A DNA stretch of 64,000 bases from Nitrospiria bacterium (GTDB taxonomy: Bacteria > Nitrospirota > UBA9217). Both the position numbers and the translations under genes were made by a program. Every line of letters starts with the position of its first letter. Position 1 is the stretch's first letter. The DNA lies in NCBI GenBank assembly GCA_919901555.1, contig CAKKPG010000012.1, positions 10,654 to 74,653 on the forward strand, read 5' to 3'. Below the pieces are notes generated by a model. The model saw nothing but the letters and a program-made list of their open reading frames with translations, did no database searches and was not told the DNA's origin. Shown here in pieces: positions 47,423 to 58,144 of this stretch.

Positions 47423-49396
47423 TCATGCTCTCCCCGCCTCTCGCCGCATCTCTTTGGCGATCAATGCCGGCGCGTCCAGGATCAGGACCACCTTGCCATT
47501 GCCGAGGATCGAGGCGCCGGCGGTGCAATTGACCATGCCCCAGTGGTCGTCGAGCGCCTTGATCACCAGTTCCTGCTGGCCCACAAGCCTGTCCACGGCG
47601 AACCCGAAGAACTTGTCGCCGAGACTGACGATGATGACGAACTTCCGCTGGCCCGGCGCGCCGCGGTTTTCGGGAATGACCAAGGTGTCCTTCAGGGATA
47701 TCAGGCTGATCACCGTCTCACGGAAGCGCAGGACGTCGCTCCCTCCGACGGTCTGAATGTCGGACTCCCGGACCCGGGCGATCCGTTCGATCGTGGTCAT
47801 GGGCAATGCGAAGAGCCGGCCGCCGACCCAGAACAGCATGGCCCTGATGATGGCGAGGGTGAGGGGGAGCCGGAGCGTGAATATTGCCCCCTCGCCCGGT
47901 CTGGACCTCGCCTGGATCCTGCCCCGCAGCGACTCCACCGTCGTCCTGACGATGTCCATGCCGAACCCCCTGCCCGAGATGTCCGTAACCGCCTCGGCCG
48001 TGCTGAACCCCGAAAGGAATATGAGGTCCAGGACCTCTTCGTCCGAAAGCCGGTCCATCTCGTCCTGGGTCCTGACGCCCTTCTCCACTGCCTTTCTCCG
48101 GAGTTTCCGCGGGTCGAGCCCTGCGCCGTCGTCAATAATATCGATGACGATCTGGTTCCCATCGTGGAACGCCCGGAGCGTAATGGTGCCCGTCCGGGGT
48201 TTCCCGGACCGCTCGCGCTCATCGGGCAGCTCGATTCCGTGGTCCACGGCATTTCGCACGAGATGGATCATGGGCTCCCCGATGACGTCGAGGATGCTCT
48301 TGTCCAGCTCGGTCTTTTCGCCCTCCATCACGAGATTGATCTGCTTCCCCTTTTCCGTTGCCAGGTCCCGGACAACGCGCGGGAATTTCCTGAACACCTG
48401 GGAGATGGGCAGCATGCGGATCTTCATCACGTTCTTCTGGAGCTGCGTAAGGGTCTTTTCCATGAAGGCGTTGGCATCGGCAAGCCTCTTGACGAGGACG
48501 TCCTTCTTATGCCGCTCCTCGATCTCCGACAGGATCTGGCCCACCATGGAACGCCCGATCACGAGTTCGCCGACGAGATTGAGGATCTTGTCGACCCGCT
48601 GCGCTTCAACGCGCAGCATTTGCGCCGCGTCGTCCTGGACCGGAGCGTTCTTCTGTTCCTGCTTCGGCAGCGCCGTTTCTCCCGTTTCGTGTCTCCGGAT
48701 GTCCACGCTGTCGGTGATACCGGGCATATCGATGAGCTCTCTGGGCGGGGCCATGCCGTCGGGCGAGCCGAAGCGAACGGAGAACCGCGCGGCCTGTTCG
48801 ATCATTCCCGGTTCCAGGGCAGGTTCCACGCCGAGGATCTCGCCGAGCGCCGAAAGCCGCTCCACGATCAGATTGGCGCCTCCTGATTTCATGTCGCACC
48901 GGGGATCGAAGGTCACGACGATGTCATAGACGGCCCCGCTCTGCTCGCTCACCGGCGTTGAGGCCGGGTGCGGCTCGTCGCCGTTGCCGTTGCCCATGGT
49001 CGAGAGTCTGCCTTCAACGCGCTCAAGGAGCCGCTCGTCGAGCTTTACCTCGGCATTGGCCTTATACCCGTCAAGATAAATTTGGAGCGTGTCGTTGATG
49101 GCAAAAAGGAGGTCGATCATTCCCTGATCTACGTCCATGGCGCTGTCCTGGATCGCCTTCAGCAGGCCCTCTGACTTGTGGGTGAGGGTATTCAGGCAGG
49201 TGAATCCGAGGGCCCGTGAATTCCCCTTGAGCGTGTGGAGATGCCGCTGGATATTCTTGAGCGAGCTGTCCCGGTCCTGGCCGGTCTCAAGACTCAGCAC
49301 TTCCTGGTCGAGGGCCTGGAGTATCTCATAGGCTTCGCTGAAAAAAATTTCCTTCAGCTCCTGCAGTTCCTGTTCGGTAAAGGTATATTCACTCAT
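47423..49396 (-). CDS. cheA: Chemotaxis histidine kinase CheA
   Basis: Start MSEYTFTEQELQELKEIF at 49396 (ATG with a GAGG SD). The ORF track starts at an upstream TTG. HPt motif HLHTLKGNSRALG, HATPase HLVRNAVDHGIE, and a C-terminal CheW-like domain. Confidence 0.85.
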   Translation of the reverse strand: MSEYTFTEQELQELKEIFFSEAYEILQALDQEVLSLETGQDRDSSLKNIQRHLHTLKGNSRALGFTCLNTLTHKSEGLLKAIQDSAMDVDQGMIDLLFAINDTLQIYLDGYKANAEVKLDERLLERVEGRLSTMGNGNGDEPHPASTPVSEQSGAVYDIVVTFDPRCDMKSGGANLIVERLSALGEILGVEPALEPGMIEQAARFSVRFGSPDGMAPPRELIDMPGITDSVDIRRHETGETALPKQEQKNAPVQDDAAQMLRVEAQRVDKILNLVGELVIGRSMVGQILSEIEERHKKDVLVKRLADANAFMEKTLTQLQKNVMKIRMLPISQVFRKFPRVVRDLATEKGKQINLVMEGEKTELDKSILDVIGEPMIHLVRNAVDHGIELPDERERSGKPRTGTITLRAFHDGNQIVIDIIDDGAGLDPRKLRRKAVEKGVRTQDEMDRLSDEEVLDLIFLSGFSTAEAVTDISGRGFGMDIVRTTVESLRGRIQARSRPGEGAIFTLRLPLTLAIIRAMLFWVGGRLFALPMTTIERIARVRESDIQTVGGSDVLRFRETVISLISLKDTLVIPENRGAPGQRKFVIIVSLGDKFFGFAVDRLVGQQELVIKALDDHWGMVNCTAGASILGNGKVVLILDAPALIAKEMRREAGRA

Positions 49397-49444
49397 GTGC
49401 GACCTCTGTGGTGCGACGGCAGACAACGCCGCCGGCGCCGTGGC

Positions 49445-50263
49445 TCAACCCGTCTTTTGATACACCGCTCCCTTGTCATGGTAGATGAATTTGAACTTGT
49501 CGGTGATGCCCTGGAGGCTCTCGGAATGGCCCAGGAACAGATAGCCTCCGTCGGCAAGGCTCGTGTAAAATTTGTCGATGAGCCTCTTTTGTTCTTCCCG
49601 GTCGAAATAGATCATCACGTTCCTGCAAAAAATTCCGTCCAGACCCTTCAGGCCGTTCTCGTGCTTCAGGTTGTGGTAATCGAAGACCACGAGCTTCTTC
49701 ACCTGCGGTTTGACGTGGTAATGGCCGTCTATTTTCTCAAAATAGGCGTGGAGGTACGGCGGAGACACCGTCTCGGCCTCAAAGGGCGAGTAGGCGCCTC
49801 GCTGGGCGTTCTCGAGAACCCGCAGACTGATATCGGAAGCGACGATCTTGATGTCCCAGGCGTTCGAAAATTCCCGATGGGAGAGAATGCTCATGGCGAT
49901 GGAATATGCCTCCTGCCCCTTGGAGCAGCCTGCGCTCCAGAACCTGAGCTTCAGGTTTCCCGCTTTCCTCCTCTTCAATTCGGGGATGACGAGGCTGGTA
50001 AGCAGGTCGAACTGCGGCCTGTTCCGGAAGAACGAGGTCTCGTTGATCGTCAGGCTGTCCACCAGGTCCATGAGTTCCCGCCGGCCCTGGGTCTTGTCCG
50101 TCACAAACTTATAGTAGCGGTAATAGCTGCCCATCTGGATGGCCTGGAGTCTCTTCTGCAGCCTGGCCTGGAGGAAGTCCCTCTTCGTATCCCTGATGGC
50201 AATGCCGCTTTCATCGTAAATAAGCTGTGAAAACAGTCTGAATTCATCATCCGTTAGTATCAT
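49445..50263 (-). CDS. cheR: Chemotaxis protein methyltransferase CheR
   Basis: N-terminal domain LTDDEFRLFSQLIYDESGIAI plus an SAM-methyltransferase core (LRFWSAGCSKGQEAYSIAMSI). Start MILTDDEF inferred by counting codons from the ORF-track end coordinate. My line-based position for this codon is one base lower, so the start is uncertain by 1 nt. Confidence 0.8.
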   Translation of the reverse strand: MILTDDEFRLFSQLIYDESGIAIRDTKRDFLQARLQKRLQAIQMGSYYRYYKFVTDKTQGRRELMDLVDSLTINETSFFRNRPQFDLLTSLVIPELKRRKAGNLKLRFWSAGCSKGQEAYSIAMSILSHREFSNAWDIKIVASDISLRVLENAQRGAYSPFEAETVSPPYLHAYFEKIDGHYHVKPQVKKLVVFDYHNLKHENGLKGLDGIFCRNVMIYFDREEQKRLIDKFYTSLADGGYLFLGHSESLQGITDKFKFIYHDKGAVYQKTG

Positions 50264-50365
50264 AGAGCTCACGTTCAAAACCATCGCCCCGATGCATTTC
50301 CGCCGAATCAACAGTACGATCATCCCGCCGGGCTTCGGCCGCCTGACGGTCCCTGACGGCGGTCC

Positions 50366-50872
50366 TTATGCCGCCGCCTCGAGGTGGTTCCCTTTTCCTG
50401 AACCGGCGCGTTCATCGGTTGAAAGCTTGCGGATCTCCTCGGGATTGAGAATGTTTTTCAGATCCAGAAGGATAATCAGCTTATCAGGCATCTTGCCGAC
50501 ACCCATGATATACTCCGTCCCCACGGCAGTGGCGATATCGGGCGCCGGTTCGATGGCCTCGGGCGGTATCCGGAGGATCTCCGTGACGGCATCCACGAGA
50601 AGGCCGATGACTTTCTTCTCCACCTCGACAATAAGGACCCGGTTCGATCGTGACTTCACGGACTCGCCGATCTTGAGCCGCTTGTTCAGGTCCACGATGG
50701 AAACGATCTTTCCCCGGAGGTTGATGACCCCTTCAACAAAGATCGGCATCTCGGGAACGGGTGTGATCTCCGGCACGCGGACGATCTCCTGGACCATGTG
50801 GATGTAGACACCGAAGAGCTCCCTCCCTATCTTGAAGCTCACCACCTGATTTTTTTTGTTCGCGTTCATCAT
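50366..50872 (-). CDS. cheW: Chemotaxis coupling protein CheW
   Basis: 168 aa. VVSFKIGRELFGVYIHMVQEIVRVPEITPVPEMPIFVEGVINLRGKIVSIVDL. Confidence 0.85.
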   Translation of the reverse strand: MMNANKKNQVVSFKIGRELFGVYIHMVQEIVRVPEITPVPEMPIFVEGVINLRGKIVSIVDLNKRLKIGESVKSRSNRVLIVEVEKKVIGLLVDAVTEILRIPPEAIEPAPDIATAVGTEYIMGVGKMPDKLIILLDLKNILNPEEIRKLSTDERAGSGKGNHLEAAA

Positions 50873-50901
50873 CTTACCCTCTCTCTCCGGCTGGTTCCCG
50901 G

Positions 50902-51321
50902 CTAGGCGGCGATCAGTTCCATGCCGCGGCCGGCATGACGCCTGCCGAGCACGATGCGGATCAGCCTTTCCAGCTCGTGCAGGCCGACGGGCCTCATATT
51001 GATATAAAAATTCAGACTTCGGGACATGGTAAATGCCCCGAAGGCAAGGCCGCGCAATCTCGCTTCAGGGCCGCAGTAATCCGACAGGAATATCACCGGA
51101 ACCTGGGGCTTCCGCTCACGGACGTCTGCGAGAAACTCGGACCGGTCCCGTTCCGTGGCCCCGGCGAGCACCATGTCCATTGGCGGCGATGCGGCGAGGA
51201 TGGCCAGCGCCGTCGCCTCATCCCGCGCCTGGCGGACCGTGAAGCCCCTTTTCCTCAGCACTTTTGCCAGGGCTTCCCTTCCCTCCTGGTCTTCTTCAAG
51301 CAGCAGCAGGTTTTTCATCAT
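50902..51321 (-). CDS. Atypical receiver-like domain protein (degenerate acidic pocket)
   Basis: 139 aa. LLLLEEDQEGREAL in place of the usual LLVDDE. Likely a non-phosphorylatable receiver-like protein. Confidence 0.5.
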   Translation of the reverse strand: MMKNLLLLEEDQEGREALAKVLRKRGFTVRQARDEATALAILAASPPMDMVLAGATERDRSEFLADVRERKPQVPVIFLSDYCGPEARLRGLAFGAFTMSRSLNFYINMRPVGLHELERLIRIVLGRRHAGRGMELIAA

Positions 51322-51474
51322 ACCCTCCTGTAGTATAGGTTCGTGGGGCAGGACCGAACAGACGCGCTTTCTCCGATAAATTTCTCCTGTTCTCCTGCCT
51401 GCCTCCGCTTCGATAAAATTCCCGCTTTCCTTGCTTCGAACGACCGACTCAGATTTCCCGGCGCACGAAGCAGT

Positions 51475-51903
51475 TCAAAGCGGTTTCATGGACTGCACAC
51501 CGGGAGCAGCCTGGCCGCCCCCGGGAGCCTGGCCGGGGTCCGATCCGTCGAGAGCGGCCTTCACGATCCGGCCGAGCTCCTTGGCTTTCACCGGCTTGTT
51601 CACGTACTCGAACACCCCCAGGCTCAGGGACTTCAGATAGGTCTCAACCGCTCCGTAGGCGGTCAGCATGATCACCGGGAGGGAGGGAGCAACCTGCTTC
51701 AAAGCAGTGAGAAACTCGAGACCGTCCATGCCGGGCATGCGGTAATCGGTGATAACAAGGTCAACCTTGGTATGGTCCTGAACCACGGACAACGCGGACC
51801 GTCCGTCGGGTTTGGCGATAACTTTGTATCCGAACCGGTTCAGGATCTCCCCGAGACTTCTCAGGTTCTCCAGTTCATCGTCCACCAGAAGTATGGTTTT
51901 CAT
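51475..51903 (-). CDS. Single-domain response regulator receiver protein
   Basis: 142 aa. MKTILLVDDELENLRSL...DLVITDYRMPGMDGLEFL...MLTAYG...K. Confidence 0.8.
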   Translation of the reverse strand: MKTILLVDDELENLRSLGEILNRFGYKVIAKPDGRSALSVVQDHTKVDLVITDYRMPGMDGLEFLTALKQVAPSLPVIMLTAYGAVETYLKSLSLGVFEYVNKPVKAKELGRIVKAALDGSDPGQAPGGGQAAPGVQSMKPL

Positions 51904-52020
51904 TGCTCTCTCCGTCCGATCGGTTCATGATCCACGATTCGCGATGCAAGATGCATGATAAAGTGGATGAGTTCCCGCATCCTGCACAATCCGCAATCCG
52001 AAATCCGCACTCCGCAATAC

Positions 52021-54561
52021 CTATGCATCCCCGAGGGGAATGGTGAATCTGAATTTCGTACCGCCGCCTTCGGCCCGCTCCGCCCATATCCTGCCGCCAT
52101 GGGCCTCTACAATCTCCCTGGTTATCGAAAGCCCCAGGCCGGTGCCGTCGGCAGCTTCTTCGGGCGCATTCTCCACCCGGTAAAATTTGCCGAAAACGCT
52201 TTCAAGTTCCCCGGCGGGAATACCCGCGCCGGTGTCCTCTACAGAGACCTCCACATAGTGTTCATCGTCAGCCTGCGGCGCGCTGTCGTCCGATTGCACT
52301 CCGCATGCCGCAATCCGGGCGGACATCCTCACACTGCCCCCGCCGGGGGTGAATTTTATGGCATTGCTCAGCAGGTTGTTCAGTACGCGTTTGATCAGAT
52401 CGGAGTCGGCCCGGACCTTGAGCACGCCGTTCGTGTCGGGCCCTAAGAGAGCAACACCTTTGACCCGCGCCATGCCTTCCATCTCCTGGAGCGCAGACAG
52501 CACGGCGTCTTTGATATCGATCTCCTCTTCCCGCACCTCGAGTTTTACGTTCTTGCTCCGATAGGCGGCAAGGAGATTGTTGATGATCGTGTTCATAACG
52601 GACGCGCTGTTCTCCATGAGCTTGAGATGCCGTTTCTGCCCGTCGGGGAGGGTCCCCTGCTCGTTCAGGATCTCGATAAAGCCCATGATCGATGTGAGAG
52701 GGGCCCTGAGGTCATGGGCCAGGGCGTGCACAAAGGAGTCCTTGAGATTCTCCACTTCCTTGATCTTGTCCATATTCTTGACGACCTTGACCCAGCCGGT
52801 CATCTTCCCTTCGCTGTCATGGATGGGAGCGAGGCTCACGTACACGGAGAGGGACCCTTCCGCCCCGTTTTCTATGGTTGATTCGAAGAATTCCTCGGCA
52901 GTCGTGCTCCCCCGGGCGCCTCTCACCGGGCAGCCCTCGGCGCAGTGCTCCATGGTGAAGACCTCGTGACAGGGTCTGCCCACGACATCGTCTTCACGGA
53001 CCCCGAGCATCTTAAGCATGGCCTCATTGACGTAGGAAATCCTGCCCGTCGGCGCAACATTCACGACGCCGTCGGCCATGTTGTCGAGCACGATGTCCAT
53101 CTTGCTTTTTTCCGTGATGATCTTCTCCCGGGATTTCTTGATCGCTTCGAAGAGCTGGGAATTGAGCAAGACCTCGGAAGCGTGCCTCGCGAAGAGGTGA
53201 AGGAGGTGGAGATCCCGCTGGTCGAAGGTCTTTCCTTCGGTCTTGTAAAAGACCGTAAGCCCCCCCAGATCTTCCCACTCATAGATAAGCGGGACATAGG
53301 CAAGGCTCCGGATGCCGAGGGAGTAGAGGGCAAGGGAATTCACCCGGGGGTCCATAACGGGGTCGTTCGAGAAGAACGCCTCTTTCCTGGCGGTCTTGGG
53401 AATGAGCCAGTCCTGGGAACCGCGCTTCATCTCCTTGTGGAAGCCCAGGTCCCGATGGAAAATAAAATTCTTTATGGACCCCGGTTCGAGCGAGGTCTGG
53501 AGCAGCGAGCCCGCCGCTCCGGTGATGTCCACGGCGCCTTCACAGATCGCCTTGATGGAGTCGCTGATCTTGAGCGACTGGTTCAGCTTCAGGCTCAGAT
53601 TGTAGAGGAGCTCGATCTCCTTGCTCCGTTCCTCGATCTCCAGGTAGCTGAGGGCCTTCGCCAGCGCCAGGGACGCCTGGTTCACAAGGGCCGTTAACAG
53701 CGTGATATCAATGTCCGTGAACGGGCTCTCCTTCGTGCTGCATACGTCCACGATACCGACGGTTTTGCCCTTAATAACGAGCGGCATGATGACGGCCTGG
53801 GCGACCCCTTCGCGGGCCATCGCCTGTTCCACGAGCATTCGCCGGGGGTCGGGCTGCACGTCCCCAGATGCGGAGCCCGCCGTAATCCGGAGCGGCTCCG
53901 ATATCCACTCCGCGATCCCGGCGAGCGACAGGCTGATGCCGTTTCCGGCTGACAGCACGGGCATCTGTTCGCGGTTCTTAAGATAGTAGAGTTCGGAAAC
54001 GGCCTTCGGGAAGATGAAAAGGGAGGACCGGTCGGTTTCGGAGATTTTTTTCAGACGGTCGATGGTTACGTCTATGACCTCGCGCAGATCAAGAGAAGCA
54101 TTAAGGGTGGCGGTAAAGTCGGATACCAGCGAGAAATACTCCATCCAGTCCTTGAGCTTCCGGTCCAGACGTTTCGGCTCCGGCTCCTGCGTTTCGGGCG
54201 CCAGCGAGAGCGCTCGACGGATGGCTTTTTTCAGTCCTTTGATGTCGATCGGCTTGATGAGATAATCACAGACGCCCCGATGCTGGGCCTTTACCGCTGT
54301 TTCGAGGGAGCCGTACCCCGTGATAACCATCACCTTGGGCTGCGGGGTAAATCCTCTGACCCGCTCAACCATGTCAAGGCCGCTGATACCCGGCATCCTG
54401 ATATCCGTTATCACGAGGTCGTAGCGCTTCTCTTTGAGGATGTTCAGCGCCTCGTCTCCGCTCCGTGCGCAGTCCACGGCATATCCTTCTTTTGAGAGGA
54501 TCGCGCTGAGACTGTCCAGGATCATTTCCTCATCGTCAACAAGCAGTATCGTTTCGGACAT
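52021..54561 (-). CDS. Hybrid sensor histidine kinase (REC-GAF-GAF-PAS-HisKA-HATPase)
   Basis: 846 aa. N-terminal receiver (MSETILLVDDEEM...), HisKA HDLRAPLTSIMGFIEIL, and HATPase GTGLGLSITREIVEAHGGRIWAE. Confidence 0.8.
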   Translation of the reverse strand: MSETILLVDDEEMILDSLSAILSKEGYAVDCARSGDEALNILKEKRYDLVITDIRMPGISGLDMVERVRGFTPQPKVMVITGYGSLETAVKAQHRGVCDYLIKPIDIKGLKKAIRRALSLAPETQEPEPKRLDRKLKDWMEYFSLVSDFTATLNASLDLREVIDVTIDRLKKISETDRSSLFIFPKAVSELYYLKNREQMPVLSAGNGISLSLAGIAEWISEPLRITAGSASGDVQPDPRRMLVEQAMAREGVAQAVIMPLVIKGKTVGIVDVCSTKESPFTDIDITLLTALVNQASLALAKALSYLEIEERSKEIELLYNLSLKLNQSLKISDSIKAICEGAVDITGAAGSLLQTSLEPGSIKNFIFHRDLGFHKEMKRGSQDWLIPKTARKEAFFSNDPVMDPRVNSLALYSLGIRSLAYVPLIYEWEDLGGLTVFYKTEGKTFDQRDLHLLHLFARHASEVLLNSQLFEAIKKSREKIITEKSKMDIVLDNMADGVVNVAPTGRISYVNEAMLKMLGVREDDVVGRPCHEVFTMEHCAEGCPVRGARGSTTAEEFFESTIENGAEGSLSVYVSLAPIHDSEGKMTGWVKVVKNMDKIKEVENLKDSFVHALAHDLRAPLTSIMGFIEILNEQGTLPDGQKRHLKLMENSASVMNTIINNLLAAYRSKNVKLEVREEEIDIKDAVLSALQEMEGMARVKGVALLGPDTNGVLKVRADSDLIKRVLNNLLSNAIKFTPGGGSVRMSARIAACGVQSDDSAPQADDEHYVEVSVEDTGAGIPAGELESVFGKFYRVENAPEEAADGTGLGLSITREIVEAHGGRIWAERAEGGGTKFRFTIPLGDA

Positions 54562-54766
54562 TTGCAGCTCCGTGCGGAATAGATCAGGTTAAAAAAAGAC
54601 GCAGCATTCCTACGCATATTCTTAATGCAAGAGAAGTGCCTACTTGCTTTGCTCTTAATATCAATGAGTTAGGCTTTTGTACAGTGACGGGTTTTGGACA
54701 GTGCCTGCGGAGGGGAGAAACATCGAAGGAGTATAACTATTTGATTTACAAGGACATTGCATCCGT

Positions 54767-56209
54767 CTAATTCTGGACAATGGCTAAATCCTTGTCATCC
54801 AGCTTATTCTGGCTGCAAGAGAGGCTGTCCGACTCCGATTTCTCAGCGACGACGATGCCGTGCTTCTGGATCTTGCTGTAAAGCGTTGACCGGGGAATTC
54901 TGAGAATCTTCGCGGCAAGGTGCTTGTTTCCGCGGCATTCCTTGAGCGCCTTGATGATAAGGTCCCTCTCGGTGTCCTTCAGGGAGAGCGTCTCGCCCGC
55001 CTGCTGCTGCGGCAGCGTCACCTGCCCTGCCTGTTTGCGCTGGACCGTATCGGGAAGATCGGAGGGCATGATCTGGACGCCCTTCGCCATGACGACGGCA
55101 TATTCGATTGCATTCACCAGTTCTCTCACATTTCCCGGCCAGGCATAGGACATGAGCATGCCCATCGCCTCGGGCGACACGGACTGTACCTTGGTGCGTC
55201 CGCGGTACTTCTCCAGAAAGTAGTTTGCGAGCAAGGGGATATCGCTGCTCCGTTCCATGAGCTCCGGCAGGATGATGGTGATGACGTTGAGGCGGTAGTA
55301 GAGGTCGTCCCTGAACTGCCTCTTCGCCACGGCCTCCTGAAGGTTCACGTTGGTGGCCGCGATGAGCCTGAAATCCACGTAAATCGTCTTGGTCCCGCCG
55401 ATGCGCTGGAAACAGCGCTCTTCAATCACCCGGAGGAGCTTTACCTGCGAGCTGAGCGGCATGGTATCGATCTCGTCGAGAAAGAGCGAGCCCCCGGCCG
55501 CTGATTCCACCCTTCCGATGGAGCGCTGCACGGCCCCGGTATAGGCCCCTTTCTCGTGGCCGAAGAGTTCGTTCTCTATGAGGGTCTCGGTGAACACGCC
55601 GCAGTTCACCGCCTGAAACGGCCCGTCGGCGCGAAGGGAACGATTGTGGATCTCCCTCGCCACCAGTTCCTTGCCGGTCCCGCTCTTGCCCTGGATAAGC
55701 ACGGTGCTGTCGGAGGGGGCGATATTCTCGATGATATCGTTGATGCGCTTTATCTTGGTGTGGGTGCCGACGATCTCGTAATTTTTTTTGAGCCGCCTGA
55801 TCTCGTCCTTGAGCTGGCGGTTTTCCACGAGGGACTCATAATAGGCGCGCGCTCGGTCGAGTATCTGGAGCAGATGCGGAGGGGAGTAAGGCTTGGTGAG
55901 AAAGTCAAAGGCCCCCATTTTCATGGCCTCTACCGCCAGGTCTATGGTCCCCTTGCCGCTCACCATGATGACCTGGGTCTCGGGCATGTTCTCTTTCACG
56001 GATTTCAGGAGCTCATTCCCCGTCATGTCCGTGAGCATAAGATCGGTGATGATGACGGCATAGCTCTCGGCGTTGATCTTTTCGAGCGCCCTGCGGCCGC
56101 TCTCCGCGGCATCCACCTGGTACCTGCCGTCACGGCTTACGAGGGCGCTGAGCGAGTCAAGCACCAGGGGCTCGTCATCAACCAGCAGCACTCTCGGTTT
56201 TGTGGCCAT
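54767..56209 (-). CDS. Sigma-54-dependent response regulator (NtrC family)
   Basis: 480 aa. REC domain, AAA+ sigma-54 activator (GKSGTGKELVAREIHNRS, the GAFTGA-like loop EKGAYTGA), and a C-terminal Fis-type HTH. Confidence 0.85.
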   Translation of the reverse strand: MATKPRVLLVDDEPLVLDSLSALVSRDGRYQVDAAESGRRALEKINAESYAVIITDLMLTDMTGNELLKSVKENMPETQVIMVSGKGTIDLAVEAMKMGAFDFLTKPYSPPHLLQILDRARAYYESLVENRQLKDEIRRLKKNYEIVGTHTKIKRINDIIENIAPSDSTVLIQGKSGTGKELVAREIHNRSLRADGPFQAVNCGVFTETLIENELFGHEKGAYTGAVQRSIGRVESAAGGSLFLDEIDTMPLSSQVKLLRVIEERCFQRIGGTKTIYVDFRLIAATNVNLQEAVAKRQFRDDLYYRLNVITIILPELMERSSDIPLLANYFLEKYRGRTKVQSVSPEAMGMLMSYAWPGNVRELVNAIEYAVVMAKGVQIMPSDLPDTVQRKQAGQVTLPQQQAGETLSLKDTERDLIIKALKECRGNKHLAAKILRIPRSTLYSKIQKHGIVVAEKSESDSLSCSQNKLDDKDLAIVQN

Positions 56210-56431
56210 CCCCCCTCACCTCCGATTACGCACTTCAACCCTGCCGGAACGCAATCACATCCCGGCCTCGGACCCTATCCGGAAAAACTTCTGGAAACTA
56301 TACACCACGGAGCAAAAAAAAACCAGTTTTTTTGTTTGCCGACGGCCGGGCAATTCGCCGCATAATTGTGCGACCGGCGCGGCGCGACGGTTGTTATTTC
56401 CTAACGAGCAGGTGAGGAAGTAATGGTTTTT

Positions 56432-58144
56432 TTATGTTGCAGGCCCGCCATCTGCCTGTGTGGCCTTGCCTGAGAGAGGCAGAAGAATGGTAAATGTGGT
56501 CCCCTCGCCAACCCTGCTGGAAACCCGCATATCTCCCCCGTGCTGACAGACAATATTATAGCATATTGTGAGACCCAGGCCTGTCCCGCGTTTTTCCTGC
56601 GTCTTTTTCGTCGTGAAAAACGGATCGAAGATCCGCTGGATATGTTCCCCGGGAATGCCTGCTCCCGTATCTCCGAATTCAAGGACAAACCGCCCCGGTC
56701 TGCATGACGTAGATATCATGATCCGCCCGTTCGCCTGCATGGCGTCCAGGGCATTGAGCGTCAGGTTGAGAAGCACCTGCTGCAGCATGCGCTCGGAGCC
56801 CATGACGGGGCCGGCCTGACAGCCGTAGTTCTTCGTGACCTCGACCCGCTTATCATGGATGTATTTACCCGCGAACTCAAGAGAATTGTCGATGACCTTG
56901 TGCACGTCCAGGGGCACGAACACATCGATCTGGGGCCGGGAAAACTCGAGGAGGTCCCGGGTGAGGGCCGCGAGGTTGTCGATCCCGGCCTCCATTTTTT
57001 TCAGGTACTCGTGCTTATCGAAATCGGGGGGGAGGGAATCAGAGAGCAGGAATAGATAATTGTTGATGTAGTCGAGAGGATTATTGATTTCGTGGGCGAT
57101 CTCGGCGGCAAGTTTTCCGATGGCCGCCATCTTTTCGGACTGAAAAAGCTTGTCCTTCAGGCTTTTTTGCTCCGTAATGTCCCGGAATACGTGAACAGCG
57201 CCGTGGAGCTTTCCCTGAGAGTCGAAAAAGGGGAAAAACGATGCGGCAAAGAGCGAGTCGCCCATTTTCACTTCCATATCCTGTTCGACAGGCTTGCCGG
57301 CTTGCATCACCCGGTGGAAGGGGCAATAGAGCGGCGGAGAGTCGGAGCCGTGAATAACTTCGTGGCAGGCCGCGCCGATGAGTTTATCGTAGGGCCTCTT
57401 CAACCGGGCGCTGAATGCCCGGTTCACCCGCGTGATCCGGGCGTCCCGATCCAGGATGCAAATGAGGTCGGAAATGGAGTCAAAGGTGCCCTGCCAGTCC
57501 GCTTTTACCTTGATGAGCTGGGCATTGAGTTTTTGGAGGTGCTCGTTCTTGTTTTCCAGCTCCTGATAGAGGAGTGCCCTGTCCATGGAGATGCTGAACC
57601 GGTCGGCAAGAAGCTGAATGATCGTTACGTCCTGCTCACTGAACGGAACAGGTTTGATCCGCGCCAGCCAGAGCGCCCCGAGGAATGTGCCCCGCTGCCG
57701 TAGGGGAGCGACAAACTGGGATTTGTACTTCGTGAGCGCAGGATCGAACAGATTGACCGGTTCGCCCTTCGACAGCACTTCCTGCAAGAGCGGCGAGAGG
57801 AGCAGCGACCGGGACTCCTGTTCGCGCTCTTTCTGGCTGAGCCCGTATGACGCTTCGGTGGAAAGCTCGCCGGCCTTGAGCAGGTGGAAAGAGGCGCGAT
57901 CGCAGGAGAACGCATCGGCCAAACCCCGTAGAAAGGAGGCCGTCTCCTTTTCGAGGTTCAGCGAGGTCCCGATGGACAGCGACAGGTCATGAATGACGGC
58001 CAGGCCGTCGGTCATGTGATTGCGTGATTTGCTCTCCGTCTTCGGCATAGACACCTGGAAAAAAAACACAACGGCCGCCCGCAGGCAGCCTGAGTACAGC
58101 GCACAGGAGTCACTCCCCGGGCAAAGTCCCCGGGAGTGAACCAT
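56432..58144 (-). CDS. Sensor histidine kinase (GAF-PAS-HisKA-HATPase)
   Basis: HisKA AAEIAHEINNPLDYINNYL and HATPase GTGLGLTICYNIVCQHGGDMRVSS. Start ambiguous. The ATG at 58144 directly abuts the TAG of the upstream ORF in the same frame. Alternative ATG at 58048. Confidence 0.75.
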   Translation of the reverse strand: MVHSRGLCPGSDSCALYSGCLRAAVVFFFQVSMPKTESKSRNHMTDGLAVIHDLSLSIGTSLNLEKETASFLRGLADAFSCDRASFHLLKAGELSTEASYGLSQKEREQESRSLLLSPLLQEVLSKGEPVNLFDPALTKYKSQFVAPLRQRGTFLGALWLARIKPVPFSEQDVTIIQLLADRFSISMDRALLYQELENKNEHLQKLNAQLIKVKADWQGTFDSISDLICILDRDARITRVNRAFSARLKRPYDKLIGAACHEVIHGSDSPPLYCPFHRVMQAGKPVEQDMEVKMGDSLFAASFFPFFDSQGKLHGAVHVFRDITEQKSLKDKLFQSEKMAAIGKLAAEIAHEINNPLDYINNYLFLLSDSLPPDFDKHEYLKKMEAGIDNLAALTRDLLEFSRPQIDVFVPLDVHKVIDNSLEFAGKYIHDKRVEVTKNYGCQAGPVMGSERMLQQVLLNLTLNALDAMQANGRIMISTSCRPGRFVLEFGDTGAGIPGEHIQRIFDPFFTTKKTQEKRGTGLGLTICYNIVCQHGGDMRVSSRVGEGTTFTILLPLSGKATQADGGPAT